Shown here piece after piece: positions 17,844-26,649 of a DNA stretch of 32,000 nucleotides. Every line of letters begins with the position of its first letter. The stretch's first letter is position 1. The DNA is from Zestosphaera tikiterensis (lineage in GTDB: Archaea > Thermoproteota > Thermoprotei_A > Sulfolobales > NBVN01): positions 189,392-221,391 of the forward strand of contig NBVN01000001.1 of assembly GCA_003056265.1 (NCBI GenBank). Direction: 5' to 3'. The notes beneath the pieces are model-generated. The model had not been told where the DNA came from and searched no databases. It saw nothing but the letters and a program-made list of their open reading frames with translations. The position numbers were made by a program, and so were the translations under genes.

Positions 17844-19345
17844 GACCTACCCACCTTAACGTCGGATATAAGCGGGTTCGACAAAACCCCCTCCCCGGGA
17901 ATCCATAGGAGCGTCTTCCCAAGCATGCCTCTCTTAGCTCTGGATGTGTAGACCCTCCTAACCTTCTCAGCAACTTTAACTCTATAGTTGAGTAGCTCCG
18001 CAGACCCTATATCGCTTCTGTGGAAGAGCGGCCAACCGTCAAGTGCTTTAACGTGTTCCACGGCTTTCTCAGACTTCAGATAGGCTTCCCTATAGTCGCT
18101 CCCGCTACATACGATCTCCACAGCCCTAGAACCTCTTGTGTAGAGGGTGCCGTCGCTGGATAACTCAACGCTGGCGTAGAGAGGTATGCAACCCTCACTT
18201 AATATAGCGGCTTCGTCGATTCTTATCGGGTGGCCGGCAGCGAGTCTCTTATCGTTTGGGTAGCCAACGGGGGCTACGGCCTTAACTATAGTTACTAAGT
18301 CTTCAGCTATTTCCAGCTTGGCGTTAGCTAACCTACCTTCAGCGGCTTTATCTAAAACGTTTAGGAAATCGCTTCTTAACGCAGGCACGAGATTGCTTAT
18401 CTCCGGGTCTCCAAACCTGCTGTAGAACTCTATAACTGTAGGCCCCCAAACACCCGTTAACATCATCTGACCCGCTAGAACGCCTCTATAGCTTGAACAT
18501 CCCTCCCTCCCCAACGCATCTACAACCTCCTTAACTATATCCACGCTCCTACGGTATTCCTCGTAGGTTAGGAAGGGTAACGTTAAGCCGGGACCCATCA
18601 CGCTCCCCATACCGCCTGTCTCAGGTCCTACGTCGTATTCGTAGGCGTGTGGGTGGTCTTGAATGGCTGGTAGGGGTAGGGCAGTCGAGCCGTCGGTTAT
18701 GACCTGCACTGTGTACTCAACCCCTTCAACCCTCTGCTCCACAAGCACCTTATAATCTACGTCATCGTGTCCCAACATCTCTTTATATAGTATATCAACG
18801 TAGGACTTCTTAACTTCGCTAACGCTGTCTGAGAGGTATGCCTTACTATCCTTTAAAACCTTCACGCCTTTACCCCCGACCTGCCTAGCCGGCTTTAAAA
18901 CCACGTCGCCAGCGAACTCCATGAACTCCCTCGCTTCCTCAACGCTTTTGAACGCTTTGAAAAACAGCCTGCCGGGTATGGAGTGCTTCCACATAATACT
19001 TCTCGCATATACTTTACTTCTTTCAATCTCCGAACACTTCGAGTCAGAACCGAATACCGTATATCCCTCCTCCCTTAGAACGTCCGGGACGCCGGCGAAT
19101 TGAGGTTCTTCAGGGCCTACGACGATGAGGTCTGGGGAGAGTTTCTCAGCTAGTGAGAGTATCTTCCCAGCGTTTGTGGTTTCGGTTATGAAGGTTGCGC
19201 CGTTGCTTGCTTCAGCTACTTTCCTCAGCCCTGGGTTGAGGTAGTCCATAGCTACGTAGAGCTTAAGCTCTTCTGAAGCGCTTCTTCTCATCATTTCAGC
19301 TATTGCGTGTTCCCTACCTCCAGAGCCTATAAGCAGTACCTTCAT
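17840..19345 (-). CDS. purD: Phosphoribosylamine-glycine ligase with C-terminal extension
   Basis: MKVLLIGSGGREHAI and an ATP-grasp core. At 501 aa it is longer than the ~420-440 aa I recall as typical. Confidence 0.9.
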   Translation of the reverse strand: MKVLLIGSGGREHAIAEMMRRSASEELKLYVAMDYLNPGLRKVAEASNGATFITETTNAGKILSLAEKLSPDLIVVGPEEPQFAGVPDVLREEGYTVFGSDSKCSEIERSKVYARSIMWKHSIPGRLFFKAFKSVEEAREFMEFAGDVVLKPARQVGGKGVKVLKDSKAYLSDSVSEVKKSYVDILYKEMLGHDDVDYKVLVEQRVEGVEYTVQVITDGSTALPLPAIQDHPHAYEYDVGPETGGMGSVMGPGLTLPFLTYEEYRRSVDIVKEVVDALGREGCSSYRGVLAGQMMLTGVWGPTVIEFYSRFGDPEISNLVPALRSDFLNVLDKAAEGRLANAKLEIAEDLVTIVKAVAPVGYPNDKRLAAGHPIRIDEAAILSEGCIPLYASVELSSDGTLYTRGSRAVEIVCSGSDYREAYLKSEKAVEHVKALDGWPLFHRSDIGSAELLNYRVKVAEKVRRVYTSRAKRGMLGKTLLWIPGEGVLSNPLISDVKVGRS

Positions 19346-19349
19346 CTAA

Positions 19350-20618
19350 TCACCCGAAGAAACATTCCTTAAAGCACTTCCCACATAACTTGATGTTGTA
19401 GTTCCTGACTACAGAGCTTAAAACCCCAGCGTCCACCCAGTTAAGTGAGTCTACGTCTAGGTACTTAACCGCTAAATCCTTGGTTAGGTTAGCCGCTAAA
19501 AGCCTCTCCATGTTAAGGTTGAAGAGTTTGTAAGGGCATGTAGACACGATTGGAGGGCTTGCCACAACCAAGTGGATCTCATCAACGCCGACTTCAGACC
19601 TCAGTAGTTGTACGGCGGCTTTCATAGTTGACCCGACAACCATGCTGTCGTCGACTAAGGCGACTTTCCTACCTTCTAAAACCTTCTTAACGGGGTTCAT
19701 CTTCATATGTATGGCTACCACCTTCTCCATAGGGTCTACCTTCAGCATAGACCTACTTCTAGAGCCTGTAGGGATTAAAGCCAACTCCACGGGCTTACCC
19801 ACGCTTTGAGAGAAGCCTAACGCGTAGGGGAGGGCCGTCTCAGGAACGCCGACAACCACATCCACTTCATTTTTGAAGGCCTTACCCACCTCAGCCCCGA
19901 CCCTCTTCCTAAACTCGTATACGCTCACGCCATCGACTATGGAGTCAGGCCTAGCTAAGTAAAGCAGTTCAAACGCGCATAAAGCTGGAGATCCGCTGAA
20001 GCTCGTTTTAAACGTCTTAAATAAGTTCTTAGATATTATGACGCCCTCACCTGGGGGGAGGCCCCTCTTAACCTCAGCCCCGAGGACTTCCGCGGTGGCG
20101 TGTTCTGAAGCCACTATAGCTAAGTCGAAGCCGTAACTACCTAAAACTAAAGGTGTTAAGCCGGACCCACACCTCCAAGCAATTACATCCCCTCTACTTG
20201 ATAGGGTTAGGAGTGTTGGAGCGTTTGAAAACTCCGTGAAGACTTTCCTTAACCCGCTTTCAAGCGCGTTTAAACTACTTAAGTGTACGGCCTCCGCAAC
20301 CGCGTTTGCTAAAGGCTTTAATTCCTCGTAAGGTCTGTCGGCTAAAACAACGACTTCAACGCCTCCGGAAGACCCTCTAGCTATGTAGTCCTCGTCAACC
20401 CTCACGTCGTTGTAGGTGCCGACTACAGCTACGTACGATCCTAACCTCACGTCTATTTCGTCGGGTTCTTCAAACGTTAAGCACTTAACGCCTTCCTTAG
20501 GCAGGCACACGACTACGGAGTCCTCGCCCCTATGCCGTAGGGATATAGCTCCATACCTCACGTAGTTGGTTACATCCCATAAGTCGTCAAAGGCGTGAAT
20601 CGCTAGAAGCCCCGCCAC
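19350..20618 (-). CDS. Amidophosphoribosyltransferase paralog lacking the N-terminal nucleophile Cys
   Basis: Collinear with the adjacent PurF, including the PRTase loop KVALVDDSMVVGSTMK, but it begins M-A-G (GTG GCG GGG) instead of M-C-G. GTG 20618 lies 6 nt after AGGTGA. Confidence 0.8.
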   Translation of the reverse strand: MAGLLAIHAFDDLWDVTNYVRYGAISLRHRGEDSVVVCLPKEGVKCLTFEEPDEIDVRLGSYVAVVGTYNDVRVDEDYIARGSSGGVEVVVLADRPYEELKPLANAVAEAVHLSSLNALESGLRKVFTEFSNAPTLLTLSSRGDVIAWRCGSGLTPLVLGSYGFDLAIVASEHATAEVLGAEVKRGLPPGEGVIISKNLFKTFKTSFSGSPALCAFELLYLARPDSIVDGVSVYEFRKRVGAEVGKAFKNEVDVVVGVPETALPYALGFSQSVGKPVELALIPTGSRSRSMLKVDPMEKVVAIHMKMNPVKKVLEGRKVALVDDSMVVGSTMKAAVQLLRSEVGVDEIHLVVASPPIVSTCPYKLFNLNMERLLAANLTKDLAVKYLDVDSLNWVDAGVLSSVVRNYNIKLCGKCFKECFFG

Positions 20619-20624
20619 CTCTAA

Positions 20625-21995
20625 TCACCTGGAGAACATGCTCTCTAAGTCTTCAACGGTAAGGTTTTTGAAGGGGTATCTACCGGTGAAGCATGCCGTG
20701 CAGACGGCTGATGAGCCGACGGACCTTATTAAACACTCAACGGGGTTGTAAGCGATGCTGTCGGCGCCTAAAGCTTTAGCTATGTCTTCCAACCGCATCT
20801 TAGACCAAGCCAGCAACTCATTCCTTGAGGATACGTCTATACCCATGAAGCACGGGTATCTAAACGGCGGGCTAGCAACCCTCACGTGGATTTCCCTAGC
20901 TCCAAACCTCCTAAGCTTAGATACGAGGCTCTTCATAGTGGTTCCCCTCACTATCGAGTCATCCACTAAAACGACCCTCCTCCCATTCACGACCTTCTTA
21001 ACGAACCCGTACTTCAGGCTGGATAGGGAGTCCCTAACCGTCGGAGGCATTATGAAGCCCCTACCTATGTATTTATTGGCTACGACGCCTTCATCCATAG
21101 GTAAGCCGCTGGCTCTGCTGTAGCCTATGGCGGCGGCCCTACCGCTGTCTGGAATGGGTACGACGACGTCGGCTTCAGCTGGAGCTACCTTAGCTAGCTC
21201 CATACCCATTAAAACCCTAGATTCGTAGACGCTAACCCCGTTGAATATGGAGTCAGGCCTTGAGAAGTAAACGTATTCAAACACGCAGGGGGTTGCCTCA
21301 CCCACGGCTTGAGCTGCCATTACCTCCAGCGAGTGCCCGTCGAAACTCACGACCTCACCGGCCCGCACCTCCCTCCACGACTCAACCCCCACTATGTCGA
21401 GGACGGCTGTTTCCGAAGCCGCGTAGAACTCACCGCCGTTAAACCCGTACGCAAGCGGTCTAAACCCCCTCGGATCTCTTGCTAAGACAATCCTAGGTTC
21501 GTTGGTAACGACTATAACGCTGTAGCCGCCGACCACCCTCGAAGCTAAAGCCTTTAAAGCCTCAACCACGTCTTTACCGTACTCTATGGAGTACTTCAGC
21601 AAGACATTCGCGAATGCTTGGGTGTCGTTCTCGGGCTTAATCCCCACCTCCTTCGCTAAGGCTCTGTAGTTGGCTATGGTTCCGTTAAACGCTAAAGCTA
21701 TTTTGAAGTCTCCCCCAACGACGGCGGGTTGAGTTACTGAGTTTAGATACCCGCCTGACGTGGAGTACCTCACATGCCCGACTCCGCCGAAAGCGCCGTT
21801 AACTCTAGGGATGCGTGATCTATTGAGGATCATCTCGACAACGTTCCACCCGCCGTTAACCCGCTCTATCGCGTGTGTGTTTGTAGCTATAGCTATGCCC
21901 GCGTGTTCCTGCCCTCTATGCTGTAGCTCCACAAGCATTTCCAGAAGTGCCGTAACCACGTCTCCCTTACCTACGTAACCCGCAATACCGCACAA
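20625..21995 (-). CDS. purF: Glutamine amidophosphoribosyltransferase
   Basis: N-terminus MCGIAG (Ntn Cys1), RGQE, PRTase motif VVLVDDSIVRGTTMK, and C-terminal Cys residues. The start codon is TTG at 21995, 1 nt after the purL stop. Confidence 0.9.
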   Translation of the reverse strand: MCGIAGYVGKGDVVTALLEMLVELQHRGQEHAGIAIATNTHAIERVNGGWNVVEMILNRSRIPRVNGAFGGVGHVRYSTSGGYLNSVTQPAVVGGDFKIALAFNGTIANYRALAKEVGIKPENDTQAFANVLLKYSIEYGKDVVEALKALASRVVGGYSVIVVTNEPRIVLARDPRGFRPLAYGFNGGEFYAASETAVLDIVGVESWREVRAGEVVSFDGHSLEVMAAQAVGEATPCVFEYVYFSRPDSIFNGVSVYESRVLMGMELAKVAPAEADVVVPIPDSGRAAAIGYSRASGLPMDEGVVANKYIGRGFIMPPTVRDSLSSLKYGFVKKVVNGRRVVLVDDSIVRGTTMKSLVSKLRRFGAREIHVRVASPPFRYPCFMGIDVSSRNELLAWSKMRLEDIAKALGADSIAYNPVECLIRSVGSSAVCTACFTGRYPFKNLTVEDLESMFSR

Positions 21996-21996
21996 G

Positions 21997-24192
21997 CTAT
22001 TCCCCCTCTAACCTCCTATGTAGTGAGTTGAGGTAGAGGTCGGAAATCAGGTCTAGGTCGATTTTAATCAGTTCCTTAACGCCTTCCTTAAACAAGACCT
22101 CCCTAGAGTCCTCAACCCTGCCTATAACGCCGTAAGCAACTTCGTAATCGTTGACTACGTCCTTAAATAAGTCGATTTTACTGGGTTCAACCTCAACTAA
22201 GTAGCGTGCTTGAGTTTCCGAGTAAAGCAACTCGTCAACCCTACCTACAGCCCTGCTGGGTATTTTAGATATGTCTACGTTGAAGCCTAAACCGCTGGTT
22301 ACAGACATCTCAATAAGCGCAACCGCCAAACCACCTACCCCCACGTCGTGAACGGCTGAGACGATGTCGTCTTTAATTAACTTCCTAATCAACTCCGCGT
22401 GCTTAACCTCTAACGACGGTTTAGGTTTAGGTATCTGACCTAATTCCAAGCCGTATATGCGGTGTAGGTATTCAGAACCTCCTAACTCAGGTAGTGTATA
22501 CCCGATGATGGCTACGTAGGATCCATGCCCCTTGAAGTCCATGCCCTTAACTTTCGAGATGTCGTCGACCTTACCTACGCCTACGACGGTTGCTGTTGGC
22601 CTCACTTGAACCCCGCGTGAGTCTTCGTTGTAGAAGCTGACTTTACCGCCTACTACGGGTACGTTAAGCTCTTCAGACATCCAAGCAATCCCCCTCAACA
22701 TCATCTCGAAATACCAGTAGTGGTTCGGTTTCTCCGGATTGCCTGCGTTAAGCTCGTCAACCACCGCGATCGGCGTTGACCCAACTGCTGTGAGGTTTCT
22801 ATAACACTCCCCAACGACGTTAGCCGCCCCGTTAAACGGGTCTAAAGAGGTGTATCTGGGGTTTCCATCGCCTTTCACAGCCACGCCTCTCGCCGTCCCG
22901 TCCAGAAGCCTCAATACGGCGGCGTCCCCGTATCCAGGCTTTAAAACGGTTCTGTTACCGACTTCATGATCGTATTGCTCGTATATCCACTTCTTAGAGG
23001 ATATGTTGGGCGAAGTCAGCAACTGCAACGTAGCCTCTCTTAAGTCCTTCATCGGCGGGAGGCTTGATGGGGTTGTTAAAGCCTTTAAAGCTTCTTGAGG
23101 TGGTGTGGAGGGTCTAACGACGGGTTTAGGCTTCGCTAACTCTTTAGCCGGGACTTCAGCGACTGCGACGCCTTTGTAGTAGACCTTAACCCTCCCGTCG
23201 TTGGTGAAGTGCCCTATAACGCTGTAGGGTACGTCGTACTTATCAAGTATTTTATTAACTGCCTCAACGTTGTGTTGAGGTACTGCTAACAACATCCTTT
23301 CCTGACTTTCGGATGTGAGGATCTCCGCAGGTGTTAAGTCATGTCTTAAATGAACTTTATCTAAGTGTATGACCGCACCTAAGTCATGTTCCGCCGCAGC
23401 TTCACTTACGGCTGTTGCTAACCCACCGCCGCCTAAGTCCTTAACGTAGTTCACTAAGCCTTCATCGATTAACTCCATTAAAGCGTCTATAAGTATCTTC
23501 TCGGTTAACGCGTCACCTACTTGAACGGCGGCAACGTCTTCGTCGACGTCCTCCGCCAGGGGTTTTGAGGCGAAGCTGCTTCCGAGGAGTCCATCCCTCC
23601 CTGTGGCGTTCCCCACCAAATATATTTCGTCGTTTACGGCAGGCCCTCTTAAAACGGCTTTGTCTTTAGCGACTATACCCACGCACGCGACGTTCACGAG
23701 GGGTTGTTTATTGAATGATTTATCGAACCAAGCGTCCCCCGCCACGACCGGCACGCCTATTCTGTTGCCGTAGTCGCTAATGCCTTTAACTATCCCTTTA
23801 ATGAGGAAGTTGGCGTGTGGGTCTTCAGGGTCGCCCATGTATAGCAGGTCTAGAAGCGCTATAGGTTTCGCACCTAAAGTCAGTATATCCCTAACTATCC
23901 CTCCTACCCCCGTAGCCGCTCCGTTATATGGGTCGACGGCCGAGGGGTGGTTATGGCTTTCAATCTTGAAAACTATTAGAACTCCTGGGAAGATCTCGAC
24001 GGCCGGCGCGTCCCTACCCGGGCCTAAAACCACGTACCTACTCTTCGTAGGCAGTAGCTTCAGAAGGGCTTTACTGCTTTTATATGAGCAGTGCTCACTC
24101 CATTGAGCTTCAAACATAGCTAACTCTTCGTTAGTGGGTTCCCTACCGAGGATTTCCTTAATCTCGTTAATCTCCTCACTCGTTAAAGGCAT
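21997..24192 (-). CDS. purL: FGAM synthase II (small PurL)
   Basis: FEAQWSEHCSYKSS, ESHNHPS, and duplicated PurM-like domains over ~730 aa. I place the start at ATG 24192, just after the purQ stop. Confidence 0.9.
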   Translation of the reverse strand: MPLTSEEINEIKEILGREPTNEELAMFEAQWSEHCSYKSSKALLKLLPTKSRYVVLGPGRDAPAVEIFPGVLIVFKIESHNHPSAVDPYNGAATGVGGIVRDILTLGAKPIALLDLLYMGDPEDPHANFLIKGIVKGISDYGNRIGVPVVAGDAWFDKSFNKQPLVNVACVGIVAKDKAVLRGPAVNDEIYLVGNATGRDGLLGSSFASKPLAEDVDEDVAAVQVGDALTEKILIDALMELIDEGLVNYVKDLGGGGLATAVSEAAAEHDLGAVIHLDKVHLRHDLTPAEILTSESQERMLLAVPQHNVEAVNKILDKYDVPYSVIGHFTNDGRVKVYYKGVAVAEVPAKELAKPKPVVRPSTPPQEALKALTTPSSLPPMKDLREATLQLLTSPNISSKKWIYEQYDHEVGNRTVLKPGYGDAAVLRLLDGTARGVAVKGDGNPRYTSLDPFNGAANVVGECYRNLTAVGSTPIAVVDELNAGNPEKPNHYWYFEMMLRGIAWMSEELNVPVVGGKVSFYNEDSRGVQVRPTATVVGVGKVDDISKVKGMDFKGHGSYVAIIGYTLPELGGSEYLHRIYGLELGQIPKPKPSLEVKHAELIRKLIKDDIVSAVHDVGVGGLAVALIEMSVTSGLGFNVDISKIPSRAVGRVDELLYSETQARYLVEVEPSKIDLFKDVVNDYEVAYGVIGRVEDSREVLFKEGVKELIKIDLDLISDLYLNSLHRRLEGE

Positions 24193-24194
24193 TC

Positions 24195-24884
24195 CTACCA
24201 ACCCTTCTTAAGTGAGTGGGCTATGCTTTCGAATATTACCCTACCCCCGGCTCTGAAGCCTCTTGGCGTGAGCTCGTCCTCCGCCGCTCTCTCCGGATGC
24301 GGCATAAGCCCTAACGCAGTGCCTTCAGGGTTTGTCACGCCGGCTACGTCGTAAGCGCTTCCGTTGGGGTTCCAACCGCTGACGTATTTAATTATTGAGG
24401 ACGTGCTGACTAGCTCTTTAAACCCTTCCTCACTTATTACGTACCTACCCTCCGCATGCGCTACGGGCATGTGAAGTTCGGCGCCGTCGTTAACGAGTGC
24501 TAGCCAAGGCCCTTTAGGTTTATGAACGCGTAGCTTCACCCACCTACATACGAACCTACCGCATGCGTTGGGGGCTAAAGCACCCGGCAGGACCCCGCCC
24601 TCCGTAAGTATTTGAAAGCCGTTGCATATGCCGAGTACTGGGGTTCCTTTCTCAACGCTCTCAGCTATTTTCTCAGCTGCGGTTGTTTTAGCTGCTATGG
24701 CTCCGGCCCTAAGCCAGTCTCCGTAGCTAAACCCGCCTGGGATTATGATGGCGTCCCAACCGTTGGGTTGGAATTCCTTATACCACACCACCTCACTCTG
24801 GAGTTTAGACACTGTCTTAACTGCGTGTAGGACGTCCCAATCGCAGTTTGTGCCGGGGAACTTCACTATAGCTACTTTACCCAC
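24195..24884 (-). CDS. purQ: FGAM synthase I (glutaminase subunit)
   Basis: VAIVKFPGTNCD, GICNGFQ (catalytic Cys), MPHPER. GTG start. Confidence 0.9.
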   Translation of the reverse strand: MGKVAIVKFPGTNCDWDVLHAVKTVSKLQSEVVWYKEFQPNGWDAIIIPGGFSYGDWLRAGAIAAKTTAAEKIAESVEKGTPVLGICNGFQILTEGGVLPGALAPNACGRFVCRWVKLRVHKPKGPWLALVNDGAELHMPVAHAEGRYVISEEGFKELVSTSSIIKYVSGWNPNGSAYDVAGVTNPEGTALGLMPHPERAAEDELTPRGFRAGGRVIFESIAHSLKKGW

Positions 24885-25131
24885 GGATCCTTACCTCTAC
24901 GTCGTGTATTGTTGGGTTGTATAGTCTGAGCTTCTCGCAGGCGGTTTTAATTAACTCTAACGCCTCACTGCAGTTTGTAACGTCTACGTTGAAGATTAGG
25001 TACTTACCCGCCCTAACGTTTTTAACGCTGTCGTACCCGCGTCTTAGGAGTAGGTGTTTATGTATAGTATCTCCTTCAGGGTCTTTAATCTCTTTCTTAA
25101 ACGTTATAACGACCTCAACCTGACACAACAT
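24877..25131 (-). CDS. purS: FGAM synthase PurS subunit
   Basis: 84 aa with KDPEG...VRAGKY, collinear with B. subtilis PurS as recalled. Sits between purC and purQ. Confidence 0.85.
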   Translation of the reverse strand: MLCQVEVVITFKKEIKDPEGDTIHKHLLLRRGYDSVKNVRAGKYLIFNVDVTNCSEALELIKTACEKLRLYNPTIHDVEVRIRG

Positions 25132-25846
25132 CGCTCACATCCAGTCCAAGCGCTTTGCAGAGCTTTACGTAGGCTTTAATCATTAAGTTAACGTCTTTAG
25201 TTTTTCTGAAGACTTCCTTATCGAGGTGGTCGCCGTTCCCGTCGAGTACTCTAAAGCTGTCGCCCGTGATTTCATCCGCTAGAAGTAATTCACCGTCTTT
25301 AGCCCTGCCGAACTCAACCTTCATGTCCACGAGCTTAAGCCCTCTCTCTTTAAATACGTTGCTTAATACTTCGTTGATTTTAAGCGTTGTTTTAATGATG
25401 TGGTTTAACTCCTCCTTAGTTAGGAGGCCTACGGCTAGAGCGTCCTCAGCTATTATTAACGGGTCGTGGAGGGAGTCGTCTTTATAGTGGAATTCTATGA
25501 TTGGGGGTTCAAGCTTCTGAAGCTGTTTATACAGCGGCATCCTCTTAAGTAATGATCCGTAGGCGTAATTCCTAACTATAACCTCAAGAGGGATCATAGA
25601 CAACTTCCTAACTAAAAGCCTCCTACCACCGTCATAACTTAAGTAGTGTGTCCTCACGCCAGCACGTTCAACCAACTCAAATAAGTAAGCACTCACCCTA
25701 GCGTTTAAAACCCCCTTACCAACCACGCTAGATTTATATAGACCGTCCATAGCCGTTACGTCATCCTTAAACTCAAGGATAAGCTCATCCCCACCGACAT
25801 CATAAACAAGCTTACTCTTACCTTCGTAAATCAACTTCAAACCCAT
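25115..25846 (-). CDS. purC: SAICAR synthetase
   Basis: MGLKLIYEGKSKLVY, a typical PurC N-terminus, and LADEITGDSFR. I place the start at ATG 25846, after GTGGAGG. The 46 upstream residues in the track are AT-rich promoter sequence. Confidence 0.9.
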   Translation of the reverse strand: MGLKLIYEGKSKLVYDVGGDELILEFKDDVTAMDGLYKSSVVGKGVLNARVSAYLFELVERAGVRTHYLSYDGGRRLLVRKLSMIPLEVIVRNYAYGSLLKRMPLYKQLQKLEPPIIEFHYKDDSLHDPLIIAEDALAVGLLTKEELNHIIKTTLKINEVLSNVFKERGLKLVDMKVEFGRAKDGELLLADEITGDSFRVLDGNGDHLDKEVFRKTKDVNLMIKAYVKLCKALGLDVSDVVSG

Positions 25847-25879
25847 GGAACAACCTCCACGATAATATCCTCTAAACAT

Positions 25880-25887
25880 CTTATAAA
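25880..25887 (-). promoter_or_regulatory. Candidate TATA box (TTTATAAG on the minus strand) for the purine operon
   Basis: Located ~33 nt upstream of the purC ATG within a 140-nt AT-rich tract. No gaps in the 13 genes downstream are wide enough for another promoter. Confidence 0.35.
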
Positions 25888-25984
25888 CACAGCTCTTAAA
25901 AAATGAGTGAAACCAATTAATAAACATTTCTAAATTAATTAACATAAATAATGAAGAAATTCTCAAAATATACAATAAACACAA

Positions 25985-26494
25985 TGGTGGAAACCCCTAA
26001 ACAAACATAACCTCCCTAAAGGTTCCGTTTCTCCCTAGATGTTCATTCCAGTCATTTCATATGTTTTCATGGTTGCGTCTAGGGAGTTCCACCTCGTCCA
26101 TAGCGGTTTCTTAACCACTATGGGGTCATGGGCGGCTGTCGAGGGCAACGACACGACCCTTCCATCTATGTTGTGACCACCTCCTGCCTAGGCTTGGAGC
26201 ATTGCTCCCATTGCCTAAGCGGATTCCTAACATATTTAAACACCAACGTTTATAAACCTTTCTCACAAACATCAAATATGTCGCAGCCCCACCCCATAGA
26301 CTTCTCAACACTCCACTCTTTACTTACCCACACATCTATAAGCATCATCTCCAGCCCTCACGCAGCAATTAGCAGTGCTTCTAAACCCCCTAACCAGCTT
26401 TTAAGGGAGCAGCACTTCTAACTTAAGGATTTCCTCCCTCTTACTATAGTCTGCCATCGCGGTTTTTAATCGATATCTAACTCTACCTTCCTCC
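25985..26494. other. Unassigned 510-nt tract between the purine operon promoter and the racemase gene fragment
   Basis: Only two mutually overlapping low-complexity ORFs (61 and 97 aa), neither with an RBS. G-rich on the minus strand. Confidence 0.35.
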
Positions 26495-26649
26495 TTACGT
26501 CTCAAGGAGTTTTCCGTAGCCTTTGATCCTGTCCTTCAGTCCTTTAACGCGTAGTGCTGCCCATAGAGATGCTGTGTTGCTTGAGATCACCGGTATTTTA
26601 AGTTTTTCCTCAAGTGTTTTAATTACTTCAACTGTTCTGAAGTTTGTGC
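26495..26649 (-). pseudogene. 3' fragment (~50 codons) of an Asp/Glu/hydantoin-racemase-superfamily gene (maleate isomerase / arylmalonate decarboxylase-like), truncated by the CRISPR array
   Basis: The translation (G)TNFRTVEVIKTLEEKLKIPVISSNTASLWAALRVKGL matches the family C-terminus (..CTN.RT...IE.LE..LG.PV.SSN.A..WAALR..G). The N-terminal residues of the track ORF (MNISTRNNRKRLK) are just translated repeat and spacer. Confidence 0.7.

Noticed and set aside
12884-25487. About a dozen plus-strand ORFs of 60-122 aa inside the purine operon (for example 12884-13105, 17326-17541, 20755-21123, 23780-24106, 25266-25487)
   Set aside because: All lie antisense within well-supported pur genes. They are Ser/Thr/Leu/Pro-rich shadow ORFs with no ribosome-binding sites or recognisable motifs.
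25847-25984. A 46-residue N-terminal extension of purC in the ORF track (MCLLYILRISSLFMLINLEMF...)
   Set aside because: The extension is AT-rich promoter-like DNA. The canonical PurC N-terminus MGLKLIYEGKSK starts at ATG 25846, directly after a GGAGG site.
980-26337. Short motifs shared among the three ORF-free tracts: GTGGGTAA at 980-987 and 2259-2266 and, on the minus strand, 26324-26331; AGATGTGTGG at 2303-2312 and, on the minus strand, 26328-26337. This suggested a dispersed repeat family.
   Set aside because: These are only 8-10-mers found post hoc in G-rich sequence, and I could not extend them into a convincing alignment by eye. It is worth a BLASTN self-comparison, but not claimable.
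26126-26421. Two mutually overlapping ORFs (61 aa on the minus strand, 97 aa on the plus strand) in the gap before the array
   Set aside because: Neither has a ribosome-binding site or family motifs. They have low-complexity Ser/His/Leu or Arg/Trp/Gly composition, and each lies on the other's antisense strand.
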